A DNA stretch of 63,062 bases, counting the filler, from Lenisia limosa (lineage: Eukaryota; Protista; Breviatea), in NCBI GenBank assembly GCA_001655205.1. It is 14 parts of 14 records of this genome, joined end to end, with 100 filler letters (N's around TTAATTAATTAA, not from the genome) between each part and the next. Parts side by side here need not be neighbours in the genome. Positions count along the whole stretch, not along the records: positions 26,956 to 28,543 come from LPNZ01000652.1; positions 28,644 to 34,751 come from LPNZ01001665.1; positions 34,852 to 35,879 come from LPNZ01011595.1; positions 35,980 to 37,333 come from LPNZ01002823.1; positions 37,434 to 40,337 come from LPNZ01002271.1; positions 40,438 to 54,737 come from LPNZ01006782.1; 8 more parts are not named here. One strand, given 5' to 3'. Every line of letters begins with the position of its first letter. The first letter of the stretch is position 1. Made by a program: the position numbers and the translations under genes. A model generated the notes under the pieces. It was not told where the DNA came from, searched no databases, and was given only the letters and a program-made list of their open reading frames with translations. Below, piece by piece: positions 28,320 through 40,564 of this stretch.

Positions 28320-28643
28320 TGGGAGGGACCAGCCCAAAAATCTCCCTTTGAGTTTGACACTCTGTCGGAGCCGCAGGGCAGAGTGCAAATCAGCCAAATA
28401 AAAGTCCCCTACATTAGATTATTTGAAATACGAATGCTTGCTCATGCTACTTTATAGTTTTTATATCTTTAAAATAATCCGTTTTCCCTTTGTCTAGATA
28501 AATCCTCGATGAATACATTATTATTCTCTTTTACCGAAAGTACNNNNNNNNNNNNNNNNNNNNNNNNNNNNNNNNNNNNNNNNNNNNTTAATTAATTAAN
28601 NNNNNNNNNNNNNNNNNNNNNNNNNNNNNNNNNNNNNNNNNNN

Positions 28644-31078
28644 CACGCCACGCGTTACCGCGTTGTTGACAAGATTGATAATGATCTGCTTAATCCTTTC
28701 AGGGTCGACTAACAACTAAAAAAATCAATAATGAGGCAACCGGAAACATATTAGGATGACATAGAGAAATGGACAAAAAAGAAGACAATATGGATACCGG
28801 TAAAATATCGATAATTATAGAGGATTTATCGGGGAATTTAGTCTTTTTTCGAACCGCAGTGAAACCCTAAATATGGAGGAACCAATACCCCCTCCAACAG
28901 CATCAGGCAAAGAAGAGAAGTCAAGATCTAGGACAAATTCGAGGAGTTTCTTTGAAGCCGCTGCTGCCAATGAGGCAAATTCTCGCTCGAAAAATGGCCT
29001 TAATCTACATGATTAGCTTTCTTAACAACATTCATGCACATCTCAAAAATAATAAAACTTAAGCGAAAAAAAAAAAAAACGGTTCCCAACTTCAAGGGCT
29101 CGGCTTGAACAGTCATTTTGCCAGCTGATAGTTTCGACATGTCCAGAATATCATTCACCACCGCAAGAAGGTGGTCAATGGTCCTGAAGGAGTTGTCAGA
29201 AAATAGTAAGGGTTTTTCTGTAAAAATAGGCATTCTACGGGGAGAATCATGAGTAACAGTAACACACAGGAAAATTAGCCTGATTGGTTCCAAAATTATC
29301 GATATTTTACCGGTATTTTCCGAACCGAAGTGAAGCCCTACCTTGAGCCTTACCCCCTCCTCCTCCCCCCCACGATCTAATACTGTTCACATTGGACTCT
29401 TGTCCAGGGTCGGTTTCATCAAGCAGGTCAATGAGCCCATAAATGCCGGCAATAGGCGCTCCTACAGGGTTTAAGAATACCGCTCATACAATATTTTGTG
29501 GTAATCTGTACGTTGTCTGATCTGAAAAAGAACCATTTCATTTTTTAACAGACTTATCCCGGTCACTGTATATGTACATGTTAAATTCTGTTCTGAAAAA
29601 GAAGCCGTGCCCATTACATAATTTAACATGTATATATACAGTGACCTGCTCTATGATTTCACATCGGTCGACTTATCCCGGTCACTGTATATAAAACAAA
29701 GTTAGAAAGTCTCTCCTACGTATTTCGTGCGCCATAGTGGCGAGAAAGTTGGTTCGGTGACTTGCCTGAGTAACCGCCTCGTCCCTTTCGGCCTCCATTC
29801 GCTGGTATTGCAGGGCTTGCGTCACGGGAACTAAGGGGTAAATATCATCATATCATCTCTCATTTTCACTATCACACCACTACGCCCACTTTTCATAACT
29901 ACCACAGAACGCCAAGAATTGTCTGAAGAAGATACGCCCCATGTGATGTCGAAGATGTTCTGAAATCATCATAAATGCGTTTTAATAGCGGAAAGGAAGG
30001 CAACAAAGACGCAAGGGATGCCGGGAAGGCAACAAGAAGCAAGTGGCCTGTTGAACCTGCTTACGCCATCCTCTGGAGCACATTCCATAGTTCCGCGTTC
30101 TTTTCCACATCCGATCTGAGAGACGATGCCTTTGGCAACTTCAATGCTGGGGGTGGAGATAATGGAACAAATAAACACACTTAAAAAAGAAACAAACAAA
30201 AGGCTGCTTCAGTCTGAGCTAATTCTTATCCTGTAATGATGCGGGTGTTGTTGGGAAATGGGGAAGCTGATAAACATGACCCCTTCTCAACTCTCCTCCC
30301 CAATTGGTAGGGTAAAAGTACAAAAAACCCCACTATCAACATCATATAATGATTCTAATTATGCCTAAAACATGGCGCTAAGGTATTTTGGGCCTTTCTC
30401 TATCCATAAGATCGACAAAAGCGACCAACAGTCGGAAGAGCCAATAAAAGGACATAAAATGGGATTCCAAGACTTCATAAACGCAATAGTTCCTTAAAAC
30501 AGGGAGAAGAGGGTCCCGACTCGAGAAGGAGACCACAAACCTGAGTGGAGCAGTCTGGGAAGAAGCGGTCACTTCGCACGTCTGAAGGTACTCCGGTGGA
30601 AATAGGACGCTTGAATCTGAGATTTATTAGATCTATTTATCAAAGAAGGGTGGGAATTGCCATGTTGTGGCCTACAGTCGTTTACAAAACCCGAAAAATC
30701 TTCAAGGACCGGATGTTCCAGCCGTCTCTTCTTCGACTTCCGAGTTGTTGCCGATAATAAACTTGACGCTAGGTGCTCAGACGCGGTAACGCCCTTAAGA
30801 CTAGGGCAAAGATCCGGAGGAACTAGAGGCTGCTTGTTCGCGGAGAACGCTGAAAGCGCTTCTTTGAGCGGTGAGCTCAGATTGACAAGGCTTATCTACA
30901 TATCTTATCACGGAAAGGCAAATGAAGACCAAAAACCCAGAGACAAGAGGAAAGTTTCCGTTCAGCTGTCCTGACCTACATGATAGGGAGAGATTAAGAA
31001 GATTGTATCTAGAACATCCAACGAATCCAGGGCTAGTCGCTTCCAATACTGGAGATCTTTCTCATTCATTCGTGGCAT
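28644..31078 (-). CDS. Hybrid-type sensor histidine kinase (N-terminal sensor, HisKA, start of HATPase), partial
   Basis: Phase-consistent exons from an ATG at 31078 lead to TNFLATMAHEIR|APIAGIYGLIDLLDETDPGQESNVNSIRS|TIDHLLAVVNDILDMSKLSAGKM...|...V|DPERIKQIIINLVNNA: H-box, DILDxSK and N-box. Cut by the spacer at 28588. Confidence 0.9.
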
Positions 31079-31446
31079 TTCGCCTTGGGTGACAAAGGAA
31101 TATACTAGCCTAATACCTTTCTTAACATACTAAGTGTGATGCGGAAAAAAAATGTTGACCTAAAGTTGTCGAAGTTTACCGATAAATTTATTCGAAATAC
31201 GTCCAAATTCAGCTTTTGTCCATTTTTTGACCCATTTCCCCCATTCATACTCATTTTAGCAAGAAAATAAGAATATAAGATATTTTTAGAGGGGATAGCT
31301 CACAACCAACCTCTGTTCTGCTTCCCCTCCTCGATCCTCGCGCAGTCAAAAATCCTACTTTGCCTTTTCTGGTTCAAACTCCTACAAAACATCAAGACAA
31401 TGAACGGCTAAATGAAGTTGTTTTGCAGGAAAGACAGTCCATCAGT

Positions 31447-33387
31447 ATGAGCACCGGGTTCAAACCGGTGTTTGACGGTATGATTTGGGTTGTTCACAAT
31501 GATCTTGTTTTTTGACGGGTTTGGTTTTTTTTGTTTTAGTTTATTCAAAATCACTTTTTTTCTTCAAGGTTATTATATTGGCCATCCCCACTCGCCCACT
31601 TTTTGTTGCTGTTGTTTAATCCCCCCACAACCCGATAACTCTTCGCAGGAAGGGTCCTTCCTAGCCCGTCAGAGTTCATTGAATCTGCCCCGATCACAGT
31701 AGGCTAAAATGATGAGTGGCTTTGCCAATCATTGAATTTCATTTATCTTAATGCTTTATTGAAACTTAACTGACGATGTTTCAGTCTGAGCGCGCTCTCC
31801 CGTCCGAAGTCAATGTTCTCTTCTTCCCAAGTTTGTTACCTCGAGGCTTTACTTTCTCCCCGTTTATTTCGATCACTTTTTCAGGAAATGCGGACAGGAT
31901 CGAATCGGAGATGGACCTTGCCGGAAACACACATATTTTTGGCCAGCTTAAGCTCTGGTGTCGTGAAACCCTCCATAATGGATTACTTCATCTCCCTGAT
32001 GCGTTTTTCAAAGATTGGTTTTCAAATTGGTCGGCCACCCCCCTTGAAGGTACTTTCCCTCCACCTCTCTGTCTCATGAAAGCGGAGAAAGGCAATGTAG
32101 GAGGGCATTTAACGCATTCATTGGAACACTCTTTGTAGGCATATAGTATATAATATATTATATTATATAAATTATGTTTAACCTGTTAGGAATCTGTTAA
32201 ACTCGTTTTTGTTGCGCTAACAACACACCCTCCTACACTGGAGGGTCAGAAGGTCAATATTGCCATCATCAAAACACATACAGTTGAAGACATTTCGTGG
32301 GTATGGGTTACAACATTGTGGAGAGTTTATCTGTGGTCAGATGCTTTCATAACATGACATAGTAATGTGTATGAGAATACTCTGTGAACATATCAGATGA
32401 TATGTATTTATAATTGTCTGTTCTAGTCTTTCAATGGTTTCAAAAGAGTTTCTTTGTTATTTCTGGATAAATGTAAATTCTTTGGTATCGTGTTTATTAT
32501 GACGGTTCGCCTAACTTGTTCCAGAGAGTCCTTACAGTACTTGGTCATGGATGCTAAGGACCAGCACATCACAAATGGAATAAGAAGTTTGCAGGGAAGT
32601 TTTTTTTTATTCCGTATATGCTCCAGTGCATTCGTGTAATGCTAATTACAAGTTTACTCCTTTTTAGGAGCTTTCCACCCATCAGACAACTTCTGGAGAC
32701 ACTGTAACCTTAATGGCGCAATACTGGAGTTCAATCCTCCAAGATTAAAACGTTTTGGGGCTATAGTGCTAACCACAGTGAAAATACCTTTTTTGAGCAA
32801 TTCTGAGCCGAATAATTCTTTAGAAGTTTTGAGGCTGCGTGAGAGAGATCTTTTAACGGATGTTCACTTCATGGCCTCAGGGGGTTCAGCAAGGTGGGAG
32901 ACGGCCGGTGTTTTCTCCCGCTGTTTAAAACAGAGAACATAACGCCTCTCGACAGATCAATATATTATATCATATGTAATTGTATGTCTGTCACTAGATA
33001 GGAGTGAAGTCTAAATCAGCACCCATCAATATTGTTGTCATTGTGCGTTTACCATTCTGGGCGCTCACTTATCACACTAGAGTATACCGCTGCTCTGACC
33101 CTGATCCAACTTCATCAACGATCGTGGGGGGTGTCTTCGGCGTTTGTGAACATATCTGCGTTGGTAACTATAATGACCATCTTTCTTAATCATCCTAATA
33201 TATTCATTTTTCTTCCACTCTGAAGATGCTAACCATTCAGGAATTCGAAAACAAGACCGAAACTCCTGCAGAATTCACAATACCACCTAGAGAGACCTCC
33301 CATCCTCCTGAGCAGCCTATGAGACCGCCCCTTGTATCACGGAAGTCACCTGACAGTCACCACAGTTCCACCTCTGACCAAGACTCA
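31447..33387 (+). CDS. Multi-exon hypothetical protein, divergent from the histidine kinase
   Basis: In-phase chain MSTGFKPVFD|GRVLPSPSEFIESAPIT|SERALPSEVNVLFFP|RNADRIESEMDLAG...WSATPLE, then further AG/GT-bounded exons up to a Pro/Ser-rich exon at 33226-33387. No family recognised. Confidence 0.6.
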
Positions 33388-33792
33388 AAATTTGGTCAGT
33401 GTTACGATTTTAAGATTTTAAGGATTGTCAATTCGGGTTGTGTTATCACCCCCCCCCCCNNNNNNNNNNNNNNNNNNNNNNNNNNNNNNNNNNNNNNNNN
33501 NNNNNNNNNNNNNNNNNNNNNNNNNNNNNNNNNNNNNNNNNNNNNNNNNNNNNNNNNNNNNNNNNNNNNNNNNNNNNNNNNNNNNNNNNNNNNNNNNNNN
33601 NNNNNNNNNNNNNNNNNNNNNNNNNNNNNNNNNNNNNNNNNNNNNNNNNNNNNNNNNNNNNNNNNNNNNNNNNNNNNNNNNNNNNNNNNNNNNNNNNNNN
33701 NNNNNNNNNNNNNNNNNNNNNNNTCCATCCCCCGGCCTCGCTCACACATTGTTTTAATTGAACATCAAATGGGCCTTGAAGGAGGTTCTGAG

Positions 33793-33862
33793 ATTGAAAA
33801 AGGGGTAGGGTGTTTGATTGAAAAAGGGGTAGGGTGTTTGATTGAAAAAGGGGTAGGGTGTT
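33793..33862. repeat. Tandem repeat, 21 bp x3
   Basis: attgaaaaaggggtagggtgtttg unit repeated three times. Confidence 0.9.
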
Positions 33863-34851
33863 TAGGGTGTTTTATTTTGTTTTTATGAAAACGGAAATTG
33901 TTTTGAATGACTTTTTGGGAATGCACACTGATCGGGATAAGTCTTGCCCCATTTTCCTTGGGATATCAGCAAATCGGTCAAAGCTTATCCCGGTCACTGT
34001 ATTGTATTATGATATCACGTCTCTCACTGGGTTTTGGCAAGTAAAATCTGTATCATTAAAAACAGAACAATGAGAAGCCACACAACCGAAGCATTGTCAA
34101 ATTACTAAAGGAGATTGCTCTCGAGTACCGATTTGAAAAGAAACCTGTTGGACCACTGGCTCTCTATTTAGAGTAAGCCAAGTGGCCATATTCTCCTGGT
34201 TATAAAGAAATTAAATAGATAATACGAGATATATTATGTATTTCCTTTCTTATTTGACCGTTTTAGGTGCACAAACAAAGATTATTCTAGAATCATCAAC
34301 TACAAGCTCCGTAACCATGGAAAAGTAGGAAACAAGGGGAGGGGGTAGTGATGTGGCGGAGGAGATTATTTGTTTCAGCAATATATGATATAATGAAATA
34401 CCGTCTCATCCGAATCCTTTATACTAATGGATACAATCTTGCATTCCTCAAGAAGTGAACAATATTGTTCATTTTCACTTTTTCAAATGTAAGTTTGCAT
34501 TAATGACACCCCATCAAAACTGAGGGCGCTTGTCCTAAGCAACCTCACCGGCCTCATAGACTAAGGGATCTCTCCACCTGAGACCTAGTCCTACTATTGA
34601 GCCACTTTATGTTCTCCTTTGAGGATGTTATCAATATTAACGATAATATTATTTTATAAAGCCTTTGATATCTCCAATTCAAACTCTCTGTCACCTCCTG
34701 AATCTGTGGCATAAGACGGATTTAGGAGGGCCTACCTGGGTTATTATGCAGNNNNNNNNNNNNNNNNNNNNNNNNNNNNNNNNNNNNNNNNNNNNTTAAT
34801 TAATTAANNNNNNNNNNNNNNNNNNNNNNNNNNNNNNNNNNNNNNNNNNNN

Positions 34852-35014
34852 TGCTCTCGGAGGCGGATTCCATGCACTTCAAGGGTATGTGCGATCATGA
34901 GAGCCTTTTTGTCCGCCTAATCTTTAGTTACCAGGAGTCGACGGGCAATATCTTCAAAAAGGCTCTCATGATCGCACATACCCTTGAAGTGCATGGAATC
35001 CGCCTCCGAGAGCA
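34852..35014. repeat. Perfect 60-bp inverted repeat with 43-bp loop at a contig start
   Basis: 34852-34911 is the exact reverse complement of 34955-35014. Confidence 0.95.
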
Positions 35015-35641
35015 CCCGTACAATGCGTCGTCTCCTTGTGATATTGCCGATATCAAACGTATTAAGACCAACTTCGATAAGGTTCTTCAAAAAACCAAGG
35101 AATCAAAGGACTTCAAACAACCTCCACCTGACGCAACTACGCCCCAAATCAAAATTTGACAAAGATGCCATCCTGAAGCATGGAACAGATAATGAGCCGA
35201 TTAAAGATCATCAAAAAACAAATACTTTCAGACACAATAATATATTTGAGTCCAATAANNNNNNNNNNACACTCTGTTCACTTTTATCACAGGTTTATGA
35301 AGGCCGCATTCCCCCCTCTGCAAAGGTGCTGAACATGGTATCTACATTGATTGTGTCGAACTCATTCATTGATTTCTAACATTGTTGTAATAATTTGTTA
35401 TGTATACATGTGTCCTCTGTTTTGATCATTTTTTGAACATGTATCTTAAATTTTTAATTATTTTTTTTTGTTTTGGGACAGCTTTAATTGGCTTAGTTCA
35501 TCCAATGGGCTTGTGACAGCACTAGTAGCGTCCTGGAACCACCAGCACTTGATGGGAATGTCGCCAGATGGACTCATCTTGAAAAATGAGCGACTGTGGA
35601 TTGTTGAAGCAAAGTGCCCACCTCTGAGAAAGCTATCACCT
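34955..35641 (+). pseudogene. YqaJ-like / lambda-exonuclease (PD-(D/E)xK) fragment, disrupted or mis-assembled
   Basis: AILKHGTDNEPI (YqaJ A..HG...EP motif) and GLV...LMGMSPDGLILKNERLWIVEAKCP (SPDG and ExKCP catalytic motifs), in different frames with small N gaps. Confidence 0.65.
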
Positions 35642-36405
35642 ANNNNNNNNNNGAATGAGGCAGATAAAGAAGGTGGTGGAAGGGGTGTGTGAAAGACAAA
35701 AAACAAAATAAGTTTGGAGATCAGTAAAAAAAAAAAATTGTGCCCCCAAAAAATATGAAATTTTTAATGTCCTTTTTTTCTTATCCAAGCTCTCTTGAGT
35801 ACTCTGAAGAACAAGTTTTTACATAGTTAAGAACATTGTGCAAGATGGAAGCAGGTGACGAGCAGTCAATCGCTGTCAANNNNNNNNNNNNNNNNNNNNN
35901 NNNNNNNNNNNNNNNNNNNNNNNTTAATTAATTAANNNNNNNNNNNNNNNNNNNNNNNNNNNNNNNNNNNNNNNNNNNNGGGGGGGGGGGGGGTATAAAT
36001 GGAGAGAATGTATGTGCGTATATTGGGTGGCAAAAATACAACGTGCTACGTGTATGTAGTATGTCATTTTGAGTCAAAAGTTAATTATATGATCATATCA
36101 CGACTGGATATGTCAACATATTTTGAGGCTTTTTCGACTCGAAGACCAATGTATACATATGATAAGTATGATATTATACTGCCAAAATGTACATGACAAA
36201 ATCCAACCATAGAAAATGTAGCCATGATAGGCTATTCACCCTATTTAGATACGATACTCCAATATCTCTAATAAGATACAACCTTATTTATCCTCTCTTA
36301 TTATACTATAATCCAATATCTCTTATAAGCGTGATGGTGTGGATGGCTTCGGCCGGATACAACCTTGTTTTTTTCTCTTCTATATACTATATTTACCATA
36401 TTTAG

Positions 36406-37170
36406 ACCACCACTGCCCCTGTTGTTGTGGAAACACGTGAAGACCCTGAACTAGGTTTGTACAGGAAAAATAAATTGGTATTATAATTAAAACAGTTATG
36501 AGATGCTGGGGAGACACACAGAAAGCTGTGTGCACAGAGTTGTAAGGCAATCTCTGATAAACGTGATGAAATACATCTTCTTTTTTTTCTCATCCCCCTC
36601 TTCCAGACAGATATATTTCCATGGATATTCCCCCACGCTCCTTATACATCATATAACCTCCCAGAAAAAGAGCGCCGGCGGCTGCAAAATGAAAGAGACG
36701 AACTTAATGCGGCCCGAGTCAGACTTGAGGAGGAGCGTGAGGATGCGCGGAGGGAGGAGGAAGGTGGGGGGTGTGATGCATATGATTGAATAAGCATGAT
36801 ATGATATACAGTGACCAGATAAGTCTTGATCGATTTTCCTGGGAAATCACTGACTCGGTCAAGATTTATCCCTGTCACTGAACATGTTTAGTATACAATA
36901 TATAGTTTTGAATGCCCTGAGGGAGGAAGAAGGTGACGGGGTAAGGCTCGGAGGGAGAAAACCCTCCTCGATAAACCTTCTCTGTTAATCCTGGACAAGT
37001 CGTCGATAAATTCTCTATCAATCCTCTATCAATCCTCTATAAATCCTCTATATCCTCAATAAATCCTCTATATCCTCTATAAATCCTAATAAATCCTCGG
37101 CAAATATCGATATTCTTCTCATTATCGACTAGAACGTGTGGCTGACATGGACGAAGCCGACAGACAGGCC
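36406..37170 (+). CDS. Coiled-coil protein exons, partial
   Basis: tag|TTTAPVVVETREDPEL|gt, cag|KERRRLQNERDELNAARVRLEEEREDARREEE|gt, tag|RVADMDEADRQAKFD. Confidence 0.5.
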
Positions 37171-37250
37171 AAATTTGATTTGAGTGGGAGGAGGGGGAGG
37201 GGGGGATTGAGTGTGACATATTTCCCAAATACTAGCCAAGTTGATTCTTG

Positions 37251-37281
<31 letters not shown>

Positions 37282-37639
37282 GTTCAATACATTTTCTCTT
37301 CTTACCGGAGTGATGGGATGCGGTGCTGCAGAANNNNNNNNNNNNNNNNNNNNNNNNNNNNNNNNNNNNNNNNNNNNTTAATTAATTAANNNNNNNNNNN
37401 NNNNNNNNNNNNNNNNNNNNNNNNNNNNNNNNNGATGAAGAATTTTAGCAATTTTCTGTCGGAATACCGGCGTATTTTGTTTTGTTTTGTGCAGTATGTA
37501 TATTTATGGATATTGAAGCTTTGTCTAGCACGTTTGCGCAAGTTGAGAATGCTATGATGTTATTGAGTCCATAAAACTAGGTCTGACCGAAGCTCAATTG
37601 GCCGGAAATACGACGTTTAGTATATTGCAAAATAACCAT

Positions 37640-40317
37640 GGGCTGACCACCAGTGTCTAAACCTCTCTTTTTTTACGACAATGATGTGAGATTGTTTTGG
37701 GTTGGCTGAGACTTGTATTGACGTGTAGTAAGAGATTGTCTCAACACCGAATTTGTGACACTCCTTTGATTGAGTCTGAGTAATAATCAGGAAGGAGTGG
37801 CGATTTTTCTAGGATCACAATATTAAACGTTTCAAAGAGAGAAAGCCCTTTGGTTAGACATATCATTGTATATCGTAGTCGGGTGGTGAGTGCGGTGTGT
37901 GGGTTTCATGTCTCACTCATGTTAACCTGTACCTGTCCAATGAATTGCACAAGTAACCAGGCCATCACATCAATACTTGCTCATTCCTTGAAATAATCAA
38001 CAAAAGCATTCCATCTAAAACAACAGAGTTATACAATTTACAATTGAATGGTACAAGAAACAGCTACTGTACAAAGACTCTCAAAACCTGTAATCGTGAA
38101 AGAACTTCTAATATGACTAAACTCATTCGTCCCTCATTCGTGATAGCTACATAGTATATATATGATATAATATATATGATATGATATATTACATATATAT
38201 TATGTATCATATGTTGTAATAATAGCAAAGCAAATTTGAACATGACCACCTCGCACTGCAAAAACGATTATTTGTCCTCGATGGTTTTCCTCTGAAGTGA
38301 TATCGAGATTGCCCTATAGATGTTAACAACATTGGTCTATCTATTTGGTGAATTAAAAAATACAATAGTCTTGATGTTGTGGACGGCTTCGGCCAGATAC
38401 TACCTTTTTATTAAGTATTTAGCACTTGACTTCGATATTATCAGAATTGACTGATTTATCAAATGAACAATACAGATGATGCTATGTGGGGGAGGGTGAA
38501 ACAAAAAAGGCAAAATCAATTCTGCTGGCCAAACAGTAGAAATATATATGTATATCGCGTACGAACAAGCTTTGAGTTATGGTTCACAACAATACCCACC
38601 TGAGAGACTGGTGGCAAAGACATTCCCTTGCTTCCAATGCTGCCAACACGTGGTCACCGCCAAAGATAATTTCATCCTTAAAGATCAACAATGCTCGTTT
38701 GCTAAGGCGAATGGGTGGGTGAATTAATATCACACTATAATCAAATATCTCTTGTAAGCGTGATGGTGTATACGGGATAGATACTACACTGACCGGGATA
38801 AGTCTTGACCGATTTACTATGTATTATCTATGGAATAGACATAATACGATCAGTGTACCTTCCCATTGTTTTTCTCATTGCTTCATAACCATACAACGCA
38901 CCTCCTCTGTCCAAGTAGCGGTAGCGCCAAAAAGTGGCGTATACGTTAGGTCCTGGAGAAGTTGGTCGGCTACGGTCTGGGCCTCAGAAGCCTCGGATAA
39001 ACGGTCCGAGAATTGGTCATGGCTTGGTTGTGGGTCCAGAGAGTGTTCAGAAGCGTTACTATGGGGCCGGATAATATCCGAGAGTTGGTTAGACAAATGG
39101 TCAGTGACAAGGTCAGGGTGGGATGTCTGGTCAGGGATTATGTCATGTGGTAGTGATCGTTGTGAGTGAGTGGGAGATCTTTCTGAGTGAAGGGGTGATC
39201 GCTGTGAGTGAGTGGGAGATCTTTCTGAGTGAAGGGGTGATCGTTGTGAGTGAGTGGGAGATCTTTCTGAGTGAAGGGGTGAGTGCTGTGGCAGGAATAA
39301 GATGTCAGGCTCTGTGCAGGTCTCATTGACACTATGCGGAGACGGAAGTGGCGATGGTGGGAGTGGAGTGGAAAAAGGTGAAGAAGCGAATGCGGCTGGT
39401 CTGCCTGATCGAGATGAATGGTCAGATCTCTGGGATCGTTCCGGAGTACCTATGGGGGACCATTGTGCTGATGAATTTCTCAAATTCGGACGTGGGGGTG
39501 AGATTGTGGCGGAAGTCTGTGCGTCTTGGAGATGCGTAGCCCCAGAAGAAAGCGGTAATATCGGAACAATAGGGATTCTGGGGGTTCTTGGGGTGCGCGG
39601 GGTGTGTGGTTTCGGAGACAAAGGAGGGCGCTGGGATGAAGGGGAACGCGGGCTTTCCGAATGCGGTAAGTGTGGAGAGAGAAGAACTTCCTTAGTAGGA
39701 CTGCGTTGTGAAAGCAAATGTTCTTTATAAGGAATGTTGGGAGAAAGACTTTCCTTATTTGGAGTAGGCAAGGCAGAATCACTTGCTGAGGGGTCGGTAA
39801 GGTTTGAAGAATCCGATGGTGTGGCCTGTCTACCCCAGTCCTCAGCAATAGCATCAGCGTTGGGGTGCGGATAACCAGCGTTCCGGGGTACCTTCCTGTT
39901 ATTGACAAAGTACTGAGATGATACGATGATTGGAATGTCGGTAGCGGAAACGGAAGGGTGTGTGGTGACGTAGGGCTCAGGGGTTGCCGGCGGAGTGTTG
40001 GTGGCCCGGTCGCATTCGGATGGCGGAACGGGTTTTGAAGTGAACTTTGCCCGATCTAAATGATCATGGCAAGGTCTGGGAGGGCTGGTGGAAGGGGGTT
40101 GAACCTGGGTTGGGCTTTGGAATTGAACTGGACTGCCGGTAGAGATACGTGCTGGAGGGGACGGTATGGTGAACTCCGGGGTTCTCAGAGCAAGGGGGGA
40201 TGTCTGTGTGCCTTGTACAACAGAGTTCTGGCGGTTCTCGGGGGAAGCAATTCTGGGGTGGACAAGATCGCTCTTCTTAAAGTCCTTGATGCTCATCTTG
40301 ACGGCAGGGCTCGGGGG
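37640..40317 (-). CDS. Protein with a >470-aa Ser/Pro-rich disordered exon followed by short globular exons, partial
   Basis: ORF 38875-40296 stays open to the contig edge at 40317. Downstream AG/GT-bounded exons include KRALLIFKDEIIFGGDHVLAALE and GNLDITSEENHRGQIIVFAVR. Confidence 0.65.
39153..39278. repeat. Coding tandem repeat, 42 bp x3 (HSERSPTHSQRSPL)
   Basis: gtgatcg(t/c)tgtgagtgagtgggagatctttctgagtgaaggg three times. Confidence 0.95.
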
Positions 40318-40564
40318 GACCGGTTGCGGCGGCGGGGNNNNNNNNNNNNNNNNNNNNNNNNNNNNNNNNNNNNNNNNNNNNTTAATTAATTAANNNNNNN
40401 NNNNNNNNNNNNNNNNNNNNNNNNNNNNNNNNNNNNNTGTATTATCGATATATCGTATTAATATATAGTATACAGTATATCATAATCATATAGTCTAATC
40501 ATATATTAGTATAATCATATAGTATATATAATACTATTATGCTTAATAAAAGCACACAGCTCAC

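Noticed and set aside
30378-31046. Cluster of overlapping ORFs first taken for a decayed mobile element
   Set aside because: Resolves into phase-consistent 5' exons of the histidine kinase on the minus strand.
38272-38298. Plus-strand VLDGFPL, adenylate-kinase-like
   Set aside because: Followed by a stop within two codons; the region is an exon of the minus-strand gene.
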